NCBI GenBank assembly: GCA_002269645.1
Contig: NIVC01000631.1
Span: forward strand, 17,122 to 81,121
From: Macrostomum lignano
Lineage: Eukaryota
Direction of reading: 5' to 3'
Length of the DNA: 64,000 bases
The notes beneath the pieces were generated by a model. It worked only from the letters and a program-made list of their open reading frames with translations. It was not told the origin of the DNA and ran no database searches. Of the stretch, positions 24,401 to 62,623 are shown one piece after another. The translations under genes were made by a program, and so were the position numbers. Numbering within the stretch: position 1 is the stretch's first letter; each line of letters opens with the position of its first letter.

Positions 24401-26750
24401 GAAATCTAATTTTCGTAACCGCTCCGGTGCAGGTCCTGGCAATAGATGGTAGATAGCGAGAAAGAGCGAGCGAAGCGAGCTCTTTCGAGCTTGCTTGCCG
24501 CAGCCAATCAAGCTGAAAGCACGCACACAAGATCACCGGAAACGATTAAGGCAGCTGGAAAGCCAATGGGCGCGGTAAGCGCTTTTATCCAGAGGAACTA
24601 CCTGCTGGAACCAGCCTGCCGTTCGAAAATCAGACTACTCAAGTAGTGCAAAAGAGTGCGAGCAACTACCGAGAAATCTAATTTTCGTAACCGCTCCGGT
24701 GCAGGTCCTGGCAATAGATGGTAGATAGCGAGAAAGAGCGAGCGAAGCGAGCTCTTTCGAGCTTGCTTGCCGCAGCCAATCAAGCTGAAAGCACGCACAC
24801 AAGATCACCGGAAACGATTAAGGCAGCTGGAAAGCCAATGGGCGCGGTAAGCGCTTTTATCCAGAGGAACTACCTGCTGGAACCAGCCTGCCGTTCGAAA
24901 ATCAGACTACTCAAGTAGTGCAAAAGAGTGCGAGCAACTACCGAGAAATCTAATTTTCGTAACCGCTCCGGTGCAGGTCCTGGCAATAGATGGTAGATAG
25001 CGAGAAAGAGCGAGCGAAGCGAGCTCTTTCGAGCTTGCTTGCCGCAGCCAATCAAGCTGAAAGCACGCACACAAGATCACCGGAAACGATTAAGGCAGCT
25101 GGAAAGCCAATGGGCGCGGTAAGCGCTTTTATCCAGAGGAACTACCTGCTGGAACCAGCCTGCCGTTCGAAAATCAGACTACTCAAGTAGTGCAAAAGAG
25201 TGCGAGCAACTACCGAGAAATCTAATTTTCGTAACCGCTCCGGTGCAGGTCCTGGCAATAGATGGTAGATAGCGAGAAAGAGCGAGCGAAGCGAGCTCTT
25301 TCGAGCTTGCTTGCCGCAGCCAATCAAGCTGAAAGCACGCACACAAGATCACCGGAAACGATTAAGGCAGCTGGAAAGCCAATGGGCGCGGTAAGCGCTT
25401 TTATCCAGAGGAACTACCTGCTGGAACCAGCCTGCCGTTCGAAAATCAGACTACTCAAGTAGTGCAAAAGAGTGCGAGCAACTACCGAGAAATCTAATTT
25501 TCGTAACCGCTCCGGTGCAGGTCCTGGCAATAGATGGTAGATAGCGAGAAAGAGCGAGCGAAGCGAGCTCTTTCGAGCTTGCTTGCCGCAGCCAATCAAG
25601 CTGAAAGCACGCACACAAGATCACCGGAAACGATTAAGGCAGCTGGAAAGCCAATGGGCGCGGTAAGCGCTTTTATCCAGAGGAACTACCTGCTGGAACC
25701 AGCCTGCCGTTCGAAAATCAGACTACTCAAGTAGTGCAAAAGAGTGCGAGCAACTACCGAGAAATCTAATTTTCGTAACCGCTCCGGTGCAGGTCCTGGC
25801 AATAGATGGTAGATAGCGAGAAAGAGCGAGCGAAGCGAGCTCTTTCGAGCTTGCTTGCCGCAGCCAATCAAGCTGAAAGCACGCACACAAGATCACCGGA
25901 AACGATTAAGGCAGCTGGAAAGCCAATGGGCGCGGTAAGCGCTTTTATCCAGAGGAACTACCTGCTGGAACCAGCCTGCCGTTCGAAAATCAGACTACTC
26001 AAGTAGTGCAAAAGAGTGCGAGCAACTACCGAGAAATCTAATTTTCGTAACCGCTCCGGTGCAGGTCCTGGCAATAGATGGTAGATAGCGAGAAAGAGCG
26101 AGCGAAGCGAGCTCTTTCGAGCTTGCTTGCCGCAGCCAATCAAGCTGAAAGCACGCACACAAGATCACCGGAAACGATTAAGGCAGCTGGAAAGCCAATG
26201 GGCGCGGTAAGCGCTTTTATCCAGAGGAACTACCTGCTGGAACCAGCCTGCCGTTCGAAAATCAGACTACTCAAGTAGTGCAAAAGAGTGCGAGCAACTA
26301 CCGAGAAATCTAATTTTCGTAACCGCTCCGGTGCAGGTCCTGGCAATAGATGGTAGATAGCGAGAAAGAGCGAGCGAAGCGAGCTCTTTCGAGCTTGCTT
26401 GCCGCAGCCAATCAAGCTGAAAGCACGCACACAAGATCACCGGAAACGATTAAGGCAGCTGGAAAGCCAATGGGCGCGGTAAGCGCTTTTATCCAGAGGA
26501 ACTACCTGCTGGAACCAGCCTGCCGTTCGAAAATCAGACTACTCAAGTAGTGCAAAAGAGTGCGAGCAACTACCGAGAAATCTAATTTTCGTAACCGCTC
26601 CGGTGCAGGTCCTGGCAATAGATGGTAGATAGCGAGAAAGAGCGAGCGAAGCGAGCTCTTTCGAGCTTGCTTGCCGCAGCCAATCAAGCTGAAAGCACGC
26701 ACACAAGATCACCGGAAACGATTAAGGCAGCTGGAAAGCCAATGGGCGCG
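18466..26750. repeat. 272-bp tandem array: 30 full units plus a 125-bp partial unit, nearly invariant
   Basis: The 272 period is confirmed by the ORF track (18734, 19006, 19278...); 8285 bp = 30x272+125. Confidence 0.99.
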
Positions 26751-27298
<548 letters not shown>

Positions 27299-27917
27299 AT
27301 CGATATACTAAAATTAAATTTTAAATCTTTAGTACCATAAGCCAAAACTGGTTAATCAATACGACACTGTAAAAGTCATAAGCATTTATTGCACAGGTAA
27401 TTCTAAAAAAATGGTTCAATTAATTTAAACCGAAAGTTAAGCTCGCCAGGATTGTTCTGCTTTGAATAATTTGGACGCAAGAAAAAATATTTGCCAGTTT
27501 GCCAGTAATGTATTTCACAAATCCAATACGATTCAAGTCTGCACAAATACAACTACAACTACTAGAGATAAATATTGGTAAGTAGTGTGGCATGCAAATT
27601 CTCTACATATTTATGATAAGAAAAACGGATTTACACAGCGGATTACACAGAGCAGATGTAGAAGTTAATTTACTCCTAGTCCTTAAGAATCACTGTTTTT
27701 TTGTTGGATCTGTCGAAGAAAAAAAATTAGGGGTCATTTCAAGTCGACTCTAATTAGAAATGATCACAACAGTGAAAACAAAAGCAAAATAACCTACTCA
27801 TTGAAAATTCACCTACTCATTTTAGTAGCCAAATAAGCATTTTTCTGTATTTTTTAATTAAAAAAGACCAGAAAGCGACACTGGCCACAAATTTCCTGCT
27901 CATTACTTTGGAAACGT

Positions 27918-30900
27918 CTAATCGCCCCGTTTCTGCCGGACCACAGCAGCCAGATAATACTCGCCAGCTTTGTAAGACGATCGAACCAGGGGACCGGAGG
28001 CCACGTACAGAAATCCCATAGCTTTGCCGCGCTCTTCCCAGCTTTTGAATGCCTCGGGTGTGACGTAATCTCGCACCTTCAGGTGCCGCTTGGTTGGCTG
28101 AACGTACTGGCCCAGGGTGAGCGCCTCAACGCCCACGCTGCGCAGGTCCTCCATCGCCTTGAGAATCTCATCGTCCGTCTCTCCGAGCCCGAGCATCAGG
28201 CTGCTCTTGGTCACCACGTCCGGTCGGCAACGTTTCGCGTGGCTCAGCGCGTCCAACGATTGGCGATAAGTGGCTTTGGGATCGCGGACAAGGCGCTGCA
28301 GCGATTCAACTGTCTCCAGGTTGTGGGCCAGCACCTGGGAGTGTGTTGAGTGAATATCAGAGCAATAGTATACCCTACCATATGCAACCGTTTGCTTTTC
28401 AAGAGCGGGTGATGCAAGCAGCCTATTCTGCTGTGTACTAACCGCGCCAAACGCTGCTTAACTTCTTACTGAAACAAACCAGTAGCCTGACCAGTAACCA
28501 GAAATAACGTTAAATCTTCCACACTATAACTGTAACTAAATTTGAATCGGTGGGACTACTTTTACTACTTATAGTAGCCTATGACAGATAGTGAGAAAAA
28601 ATTGCAAGACGGCTTGTGGGCACCCTGGCGCAATACCTTTCTGCGACATCGCCCAGCAACCAGCGCATAGACGGCAATTCTGCAAATTCCGCTGACTACT
28701 GAGCACATACAAGCGTACCAATACTGTACTCAGGCACGCACTCACACAGGGTGTACACCGGCTCTGACTTTGAAATCGTCAGGCAAGTACATTTTCTGTG
28801 CCTTTGGGGGTTGGCCCTTGTGAATCGCACGACAACCTCCAAGTGAATTTTCGTACTCTATCTTAACTTTGCCTACTATTATGTAATACGCGAGGTGATG
28901 AAGAACACAGCTAATAGGAGGCGAAGTAGCCTAGCAAATAAGCGGCAAACTCGTCCGAATCTCGTGCCAGGAGCCTTGGATCGACATGGGGCCACCCTTT
29001 GCCCCAGTGAGCAGTGTCTTCCGACCAGCGTCCATCACCTGGCCGAGTCGCAAAAATGCCCACCAAAAACAGACTGAGTACTAATTAGATGACGAGGCAT
29101 TTAGCCTTAATAAAACATTAAATTATAGTTACTCCTGCCGTTTACCCAAAATTGCGTTAATTTTGAGGGTATTTTTTACAGATAAGTCGCACGGCCCAGT
29201 GCAAATCAGGGGGTTGCGCATGTACTTCGGGTGTGTCAAAAGTTATGTCACTGATGTGAAAACAGACGAACTTGCAATCGCAGATGAACAAAACTGTACC
29301 ACTCAACAATATAGAGTCCCCCAATATCAATCACTCTCTGGCAGTGCTCATACAGCTTGTCCACCTCAGCCTGCAGGTGTTTTTAATCCAACAGCCATAA
29401 CCAGTGCAACGCGGCCTGTTTGACCTCTTCATGATTTGCGAAACTCTTCTTGGAAAAGTCAGCCTTTAGCCATTTGAACAGAAATCTGTCGCACAAGTTG
29501 AGGTCCGGGCTGTAGGGACTCTGTCAGAGCAGATTCACTCGCCGTGCAGGTAGAAAATCCGAAACAGGCTTACAGGTGTGCGGCCGTGTGGTGTCCACCT
29601 GCCACAGAACCTCGTCCAGGAGACATGGATTTGACCGGAGAGTGCGCCAGAGGTCCCCAGTGTGCCGGGCAAAAGCGGATAAAAACTACTGACAATTGAA
29701 CTTGACGTTTGACCCTCGATGAGACATCTTTGTTTGGCGTAAAGGCCACCAGCAGCATGGTCTTCTTGTCCGAGACGGACCTCGTGGTCACGGTCGGCAG
29801 CAGACCCCAGCTCCTAGCCAGCAGCGATTGTCTGCCTCGCTGCCCTTGCCATCCAGGTGGAGCCAGCTTTCATCCTCAGCAACCAGGCAGTTTAGGATGT
29901 CATTCAAGCCCCGGCTGCTGAACACCTTGCGGATCTGCTTGGTGCAGGCGTCTTGTCGAGATTCATGGTGATTTTTGTTTGCTGCATAGACGAGTTTTCA
30001 TCGCGTTGCACTTGCTAAATCTGCTTGGCGTATTCTTGCGATAGCTTGGGCCATAAACAACCTATGCACGTCTCAAATGCACTGGTATTGCTTCACTAAG
30101 TATACTTTGCAGCTACACTACCCACAAGTCCATGTGCCTACATTTTTTAGACAGAGGCCTGCAGTGACATTGCTTATGACACACCCGAAGTATGAATCCA
30201 TCAAATCTCCGCCCTCCGCTCTTCCCAATCCCTCCTCAACCAGCCCAACTCTGCAAGGTGCGTCACTCAAAAGTCAATACGTATACGTATACTCAGGTGC
30301 CAGCGTTATTAATGGGAATTAATAATAATCTATTAATAAATTAATGAATGATTCACCTGCGGTCCGCTTAAAACCACCGTCTCCATGCAGTCTGGCCGGC
30401 CGCGGAAATCCGGCACCAGGCATTCGACTAGCATGTCTGGCCTTAGGCGCAGAATCTCGGACACGGTGGCGCCAATGTGTCCGGCGCCGCCGTCAGCTAA
30501 GTCGTCCCGATCAACGGAGGTCAGCACAACGTAGTGACCGGACCAGCCGGCCACAGCCTTGGCGGTGTTGGCAGGCTCCATCGGATCCAGCGGCGGCGGC
30601 TTTAGGCTGGTCTTGACCGAGCAGAACCGACAGGCCCTGGTGCAAGTGTCGCCCATCAGCATGATGGTGGCCGTGGCCGCCTCGCCGCTCCAGCATTCGC
30701 CAATATTCGGACAGCGGGCCTCCTCGCACACTGTATGCAGCTTCAACTGACGGAGGCTGCGCTGCATCTTGGCGAACTGTCCGCCAGCCGGGATCTCCCG
30801 CTTAAGCCAGTCTGGCAGTCGTAGCCGCGCCGGAGGCCGCTGCGCATTGGGCAGGAAATCCTCCAGGCCCGGCCCGCCGGCCACGCGGTTCTTCTGCGCA

Positions 30901-31004
30901 TGGCTGAGGCTGCACAGACTGGCGCGGCGGCTGCGCAGGATGATTGTTGCTGGGCAGCGGATCGCGTCCACTGCTAGAATGCGTTGCTGATTGACTAGAG
31001 CCAT
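27918..31004 (-). CDS. LIAS: Lipoyl synthase, mitochondrial (radical SAM)
   Basis: Exon 31004-30357 (donor CAG|GTGAAT) joined in frame to exon 28334-27918 (CAG|GTGCTG), giving [13 protein letters not shown]. Motifs: [19 protein letters not shown] (auxiliary cluster), CTRACRFC (radical SAM), [40 protein letters not shown]. Arg-rich transit-peptide-like N-terminus; the start codon is uncertain (31004 or 31022). Confidence 0.96.
28620..28840 (-). mobile_element. Partial copy of the SINE family seen at 60990-61360
   Basis: Shares ACCAGCGC, CTGAGCACATRCAAGYG(Y)CCAATACTGT, CTCACACAGGGTG, AATCGTCAGGCA and GAATCGCAC blocks with 57335-57545 and 60990-61250. Confidence 0.75.
29225..30190 (-). mobile_element. 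Mariner-family DNA transposon, defective, with both TIRs and TA duplication, in the LIAS intron
   Basis: 27-bp TIRs CTTCGGGTGTGTCAAAAGTTATGTCAC and GTGACATTGCTTATGACACACCCGAAG (3 mismatches), flanked by TA (29223-4, 30191-2). Minus-strand remnants [50 protein letters not shown]. Confidence 0.9.
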
Positions 31005-33489
31005 AAGGGATAGAGTACACAATTGAAATGCTTACACAGTCAGGAGTCAGCTGTTTTCCCATATCTGTATACAATGCCTATATATCTGGATTATATAAAA
31101 TTGTAGTGTTTTTCTCAATGTTTTAAATTTATTTTTTAGTGTTAGGCCTAAGAACTTTTTCAAATATTGATACTTTTTAACTTAATCCATAGTTGTAGCT
31201 TACTGACTTTAATTTATTTCTATTGTTCTAAACCCTTTCCATGCATTAAATCAAGGGCTTCAATGATCTTTAAAGTATTTTTAAGTCTTAGTTTTGTGTC
31301 ATCAATATTAATAGATATAGGAGCTTGGTATGGGAAATATGCATTCATATAACCATATCATATATCCATGTACATTTTATCTAATCTATCTTAAACTGCC
31401 TATAATTTTCTATAGTCATATATATAGCTATGATAGATTTTTTCAATATCTTATAAACTATTACAAGGCTATTAGCCTTTAGACCAGCTATATTGACATA
31501 AAAGAAATTAAATCAATAAATAACAAGACTGATAATTGCAAGAATAAATAAATCCAACAAGAAAATATTTTTAAAAGAATATAATTTTTGGTCAATCCAG
31601 TCATTGTAAATTACAGTAGACCAGGGGACCAAGGATGACAAGGCATTTAACCATAAAGACTATTATAGTTACTTTTGCCATTTACCCAAAATTGCAATAA
31701 TTTTACTTTAGGGTTTCCTTCATAGGTAAGTCACATTTTCTTGGGCATATAAAATTAAAATTTGGGCATGTATTGGCCTTGCATGCCAAAAGTAGACAGG
31801 CACAATTGGTATGCATCATTCCTAAGAAAATAGTGTGCATGCATACCTGGCATATACTTCATAGAATCACATGGAAGAGTTATTGTAAAATAGAAAAAAA
31901 GATAAAAAAGGTTCATTTTCTAAGTGTAAATTTCAAGTTTTCTAGGTTTTTAAAGCTTGTAATAAAGCATTTAAACAAATCTTTGCATATATCGTTTTTT
32001 TGCATTATGAAAAGTAACATTATCAATGATTTTCTCATTGACATTAGGAAATTGACATTGATTACATGACTACAATTGACATTGAAAAAGTATAAAAATT
32101 AACCAAATGATTTGCCAAAAAGGGTCAATTACACAATTCAAAAAGGTCATTTATTGTCACAACAAAAAGGTCCTTTATTGTTGCAACATTGTCTTAGTTT
32201 TGAAAATGGGCATGCACTCAATTTTTTGGTGTGCATTTATATTTTTATAAAAATTTTTGAATTTTTTTATTGAAAGTTTGGGTAGGTGTACACCTAGCAT
32301 GATCTGAACTATGATATTATATGCCTAAAAATAATATCCAAAAAACTTTCAATCTTAAAAAATAAAAATTGTATTATATAAAACTAGGCTTAAAATAAAT
32401 TAAAATATGTAGCCTAGGCTAAGTAGATAAGCTTAATTTGCTAAATAATAGCTTATATTTTCATACTATTATTTAAATACTTCCATAGCCATAGGCATAG
32501 GCCCTAGCTAAGGACTGCACTAGATGCCCCCTTTATTGAACTTAATAAGCTAGGCCTAGCCATCTAGACTACACTTGTACCACTAAGGCCTAAGGGCCAA
32601 TGCCAATATATACCAGTACCAGATGCTTCCCATGATAATAGCCATTAGCATTGGTTGCAATAGGGGCCTAGTGGGCATAGGTATTATATAGATGTTTATA
32701 TTAATGACATTTTAATTATATAAAAGATAAAATAGTATTGAAGGCCCAGCAATGTTAAAGATCCTAGCCTAGGCCTAGTCACAAATCACAATGCCATCTA
32801 GTCATTTAAAACCTAGAGTACAATTTTTAGAACAAAAAAGGAAAAGAAATTATGTAACTTTTAGACTAGGAAACTAATTTTATTTGCCATTAGATATTTT
32901 GCAAAAAAGGCCTAGCAAAATTTAGAAATTTCAAAATTGCAATTCATTTGCAAATAGATATTTGCCATGATCTATGGGTATAGCCTATAGGAATAGCATC
33001 CTACTATATACTAATATAGATTCAATATTTTTACTTACTATGTCTAGGCCTATATTATTAAGACTATATTACATATTAGGCTATTTATAGCATAGGAAAT
33101 TGGCAAAAACTAAAAAGAAATTCTGAGTTGTTTTTTATTAACATTACTCATTAGGGCCTATTGCTTCATAATGTTTGAGCCAAGGCAAACAAAGCGATAA
33201 TATTAAAAGATATTAGGATACTGTAGTACTCAGAGAATATACTCAGCGGTTTTATGTACAGTAACATCACTAAATTGAACAATCAATTAATCCGAGAATG
33301 TCGCAAGTAGTATAAAAATTAAGTTATTTCTATGAAACGAGACGAACGCTAATTTTGTATTTTGTCTATGATACAATTTTATTTTGTCAATGAAATGTTA
33401 AAATCGTTATACGATACGTAACTTGTACGAGCGATAGTATATAAGTTCATTTTTAGTATATAAGGATTTTATGAAACAACACAAAACAC

Positions 33490-34420
33490 GCCATCAGCAT
33501 TTCGAAGGCGGCGTCACTACTGGACGCCCTCTGGGCCAGGTCGTGAACGAAGGCCTCGCTGCCGACCGAATCCGGGGCGTGCGTCAGCCAGCAGGCAGCC
33601 GACGATCACGTCGAGTGCGTGCCTGTCCCCAACGGTAGGGATGTCTGCAGCGGCTGTAGGGAGTACGATTCGGAGCGGATGATGTGGCCTGCCAGCTGGG
33701 TGTCTCAGACGGCGAAAAGATTACTTGGACGGCCACCAGCTAGGACGCCGGCAATACACTGCCGCGTTGGGGTGACTCCTCGCTCATCACTAATCCAAGG
33801 ACCTATGTTAGTGGTCCTTGCACTGATCTTGAAGGCAGCGCGCAGCAGGCCAGCGTACCCCGCATCTATACTTATTGCTTGAGCGAGTCCGTCAGTATCC
33901 AGGTGTCAACGTTCTACGTACAGCAGACGGTCTCGACCACCACCTACCCTCTGGCGGTCAGGTAGTGCTCGCAGGCGCCAGGAACCAGACAGCCAAGGTA
34001 GATGAACTCCTGAAAACGTGCGGAAGATCCGTCGCCTGCCAATCTACGCCTCGGCACAAAATTGCAGCTTCGATGGCGTCCGATTCGTACAGCACGACGA
34101 TTGTTTGCGTGTTGACTACCATGCAGGCCGATACGCGCCGCAACGCTCACCAGCCGGTCCAGTTTTTGCTGGGCGTCCTCGGCTGTTGAGGACATCAGGG
34201 CGAGCTAGATCATCGGCGTAGACAAGCACGCTGACCTACTGCCTCTCCAGTTGTCGTCGACCCACGCATCGCCGCAACAGAAAGCCAGGTAAGAGGAGCA
34301 ATCTGCAGCACCCAGTCGACGAGCAGGAACGACGAGAGCGTTTCTCCCTGAAGCACCCCAGATGATGTCTCAAAAAAGTCCAATCTATAGGTCGTCCGCC
34401 CTCCGGTGTTGTATACTGTA
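33490..34420 (-). mobile_element. Decayed RTE/CR1-like LINE reverse transcriptase, 3' fragment
   Basis: Minus-strand remnants FETSSGVLQGETLS, LVYADDLA, DAQQKLDRLVSVAARIGL, EFIYLG, NVDTWILT, across frameshifts. Confidence 0.8.
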
Positions 34421-34814
34421 CTGTATGTACTATTCAGTAATTCAATTTCAATGAATTTCCAAGGACCACTATATACGAGCGTATAGCTATAGCTATACAG
34501 CTATATATATATACAGCGGTTCTTGTGAATTTCTAGAATGATATACTGTATTCGTTGCACAGTTTCGACACAGTCTCATAGTTGCAGATCATCCGGTCTT
34601 TTGCATGCGTAAATTGCACAGTCTCGTCTAGTCTGTAAAAAAGAAAAAAGTAAAAAATTCCACTTGTACTACTGTTAGTAACCCTCGATAGGATTGGCAG
34701 CAACATTCTCAGGCAGGTCTCGGTAAAAAATTTAGGCATGGAATTTCATTAGATATAATACTTGATGGACAGGTGATAGTAATATTGCAACGGAGTCCCT
34801 GCATGTACCTGACC

Positions 34815-35050
34815 GCCAGGTAGCGACGTTGTTCCAGACGTGGTAGTCGAAGCCGTCCTGCTTTACAACACCGAGAGCCGCTCGAACAGCAAGTTGTTGG
34901 CGTGCACGCTAGCCTGCTGCACCGTCAGACCCGTCCACGCGACCTGTATCGCAGTCGTGGACTCCATCTGGCAATCAATTTTGCTGCTCACAGATGGCGC
35001 AAGCCGGGGAGGGGGGCTGGGTTGACGCAGCGAGCCACCTGACCTGCGAG
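34815..35050 (+). mobile_element. Short LINE RT fragment, opposite orientation to 33490-34420
   Basis: VVEAVLLYNTES matches the VESxLLYxxETW motif of RTE/CR1-like ORF2. Confidence 0.55.
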
Positions 35051-35129
35051 CACAAGCGTAACTCTTGAAATTAATCCTAAAGTACCGAAGTAATAAAATA
35101 TTCCCTCATACCCTCATCGTGAAGAAAGC

Positions 35130-35470
35130 TTCAGGTCAAACAATTGCAGGCATGGTGGCTCAGACCATCTGGCCCGTCTAAAGAAATCTGCTTAATCCCA
35201 CAACAATGAACGGCCGCCTTGCTCAGACGGCGATGTTGTGTCCACACTGTAAAAAATCTGCTTGTTGACTTTGCGAAAAAAAGAGAACTGAGCGGAGGCC
35301 AGCAGCATTGTTCCAGCGTACATTGTGTACAGGTGTAAGGTGGCCTGAGAGAAAGTTGATACAAAGGCAACAAGAGAAAATGACTCCAAGAGAATCCAGA
35401 TTGTGTGAAGTGATTTAGATGGAGCAATATGCAAGGCCACACTGCGGTTCTCATACTCGCGGTGGGCCTT
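35130..35470 (-). mobile_element. Possible Tc1/Tc3-like transposase remnant
   Basis: KQISLDGPDGLSH resembles the Tc3 SDEKKFNLDGPDG motif; otherwise heavily decayed. Confidence 0.4.
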
Positions 35471-37762
35471 AATCTGCTGGAGAGCACTTTACAATTGCCA
35501 AGAAGTGAGCGCTTGCTCGTCTTGGAGAGGCGGATTAAGGAAAATCAGAATGGGAAGCAAGTGAGAGAGGAGGAGGAGGCGGTTGAGAAGGGGGCGAGGC
35601 GACAGAAATCTCCGGACAAACTGGCCTTCCACCTGGCAATTTTTCTCTCTCCTGGCCTCAATACCTCTCTGAGTTGCCGCATTCTCCATCCCAGTTTGCG
35701 GCAGGCCAGTTTGCAGCCAGGCCAGTCAGCTTGGCGGGCACGGAGGATCGATATCCTATTAAAAGTCCGAGCTTTTCACCAGTCGAGGATGTCGGGCGGG
35801 CCTACGCCTACGCTTAGGCTGAGCCTACGGGCTTGATGGACAGTTGAACACTGACACCCGCTTGCTTGCGGCTGCAAGGCGTTCTATCCTTCATCTATTG
35901 AGGAGAGAAGGGGATGGGAATGATTGACAAGAAATTGACAGATGAAAGCTAAATCTTCTTCTCTCATTCTCAGCTTGTAGTGCCAAGAGCGTAAACCTAA
36001 TATGAGCATGCATATTGTCACTGCAAAAGAAAGCATTGACTAGCAAAAAAGATCTAGACGTATTTAAGGGAAAACATCGTTAAGCCTTATGGCTTACCTA
36101 TGGCTTATCCTTATGGATATTTACCACCAAAAAAGCGAGTTTAGCTTATCATCTGCTGTCGTTTTTCTCATCGAAATTCCTTTTGGCACCTGTTTAGAAT
36201 CCCACAGAATGTACTGTTTCGATTGCCGCGAGACTTACAAGCACAGTTACAAACTGATATATGAGTGAAAGCGATACACTGACAGTTTGCGCCAAGTCAC
36301 ATCAGCCTTACTAGCTCGTATTTCTAGCTGTTTAATAAATTACTTGCATTCAAAATTATGCGCGCATTATCCTGTGTGAAAGATGGCCAGCTCATCGACG
36401 AAATGCTTCGCTCTATTTAGTTAAATACTACTCGTAGTTAACCAGCAATTTGATGCAATTACTGTGCTGAATTAAAGGAGTTCACTCGTCGAAAGTTCAC
36501 GGAGAGAAGTTTTACTCAAACAGATGATAAATAAATAAAAATTCCATTGAAAAACTTACTTACTTGATAAGCTAGCTAACGACAATTTATTGTATAATGT
36601 ACAATTAAGCTTCGATAATATACGAATTACGGAATAGTACTTTATAATTCGTTTTAGTACAAGGATGAGATCAAATAAGCGTCTATCATGAGATGCTTGA
36701 AATGTCAAGCATTGCTTGAAGCGTTCAATAGCCTTATAGCTACTTTAGCAACAAATTACGAGACGTAAAGTTTCCACCCAAAAACCAGTAGTCAACTTTT
36801 CTCAAGATCTCATCCCCAAGTGACGCAACACCACGCCGGCGGTTCTCGTCTCAACTGTGGGTGATGCATGCAGTTGGCGACACAAGGCCAGCTTAGACTA
36901 GTAAGGAGAGAGTGGAGAGTTATGGCTATGAGTTGGATTAAAGTTGCCACTTGTTGGCTACTGGCCACTGTTGTTGAGTGTAGCACTAACGCGTTCATGT
37001 CGTTATAGGATAAAAAACGCATATTATCATGCTTGAAGTATCGATATACCTTGACTGAATCATTGAGCCCGACTCAAAAGCTTACGAATAGAAGTACCGG
37101 AAGTTGTTTATTTATTTATTTAATGCGGGAAAATATTAGTCAGATGCTCTTAATCGCTGAGCTACCTTGCTCCTGAAGAAATAAGGTCGTGGACAACTGT
37201 CAGAAATAGAGTACGCAGACACAATGCACAGGCTTCGCTTTATTCGAGTATAAACATTATCATCAAAGTAGTGAAGAGTAGCAAAAAGTTTTGCCGAAGT
37301 AGATCTATTCAGAGTAAGAAGCCAAAAAGGGCAAGCAAGCGGCATGGCTGCAGCCCAATTAGGCATGCGGCACAGAGTCAATACTAGCTAAACCATCCTG
37401 ATGCCTTCCCCTCTCGCCTTCTCCCCGGAGCTACGCGGCGCTTTCTGCACTTGAGCACGCGCGCCAACAAAAGCAGGACAGCTGCAGCCCACCGGGAAGG
37501 CGGATCGGACCACGCAGACCTGGGCTGCGCTATCATTGGCTCAGCTGAGCCTCCGCCAATCCTCCCGCCGGTTGTCCGAATTGGCGATTCCGACATCAAG
37601 CTGATGGAGTCGCGACTATTTGAAGGAAAAAGCTGCCCGAGCTAACTGCTAGAAACGCAGCTCAATCGCGCAATCAATAAGAACCCGCTTCCTTTTGCTC
37701 AAAACATTGCCCATATTTCTTTGTCGCTTTCGAAGAAGCTGTTCAAGTACAGCTGAACTATA

Positions 37763-62445
<24,683 letters not shown>

Positions 62446-62623
62446 AGCTGAGCATCAGACAGCTCAAGTGTAACAAATCGACTCAGTTGCAAAATGCATT
62501 GGCGAGATAGGAAGTTCCAGTATTTTTTAACAGTAAATTATTGTTTTATTGTCCGAGGTTAGCGCATTCACCTCTAGGGCTGCTAGTTAAGCAGAGTTGA
62601 CCATGGTTAGTACTCAAATAATC

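Noticed and set aside
18614-26702. The recurring 66-aa ORFs on both strands of the 272-bp unit
   Set aside because: They only restate the repeat period, have no recognisable domain or coding bias, and the plus-strand one is broken by a stop in two units.
18466-26750. CRISPR array or hammerhead retrozyme interpretation
   Set aside because: No unique spacers, and no CUGANGA on either strand of the unit (closest: CTGAAAG, CTGATTT).
35429-35836. 135-aa plus-strand ORF with a hydrophobic start
   Set aside because: Overlaps transposase debris and a purine-rich patch; no domain or splice support.
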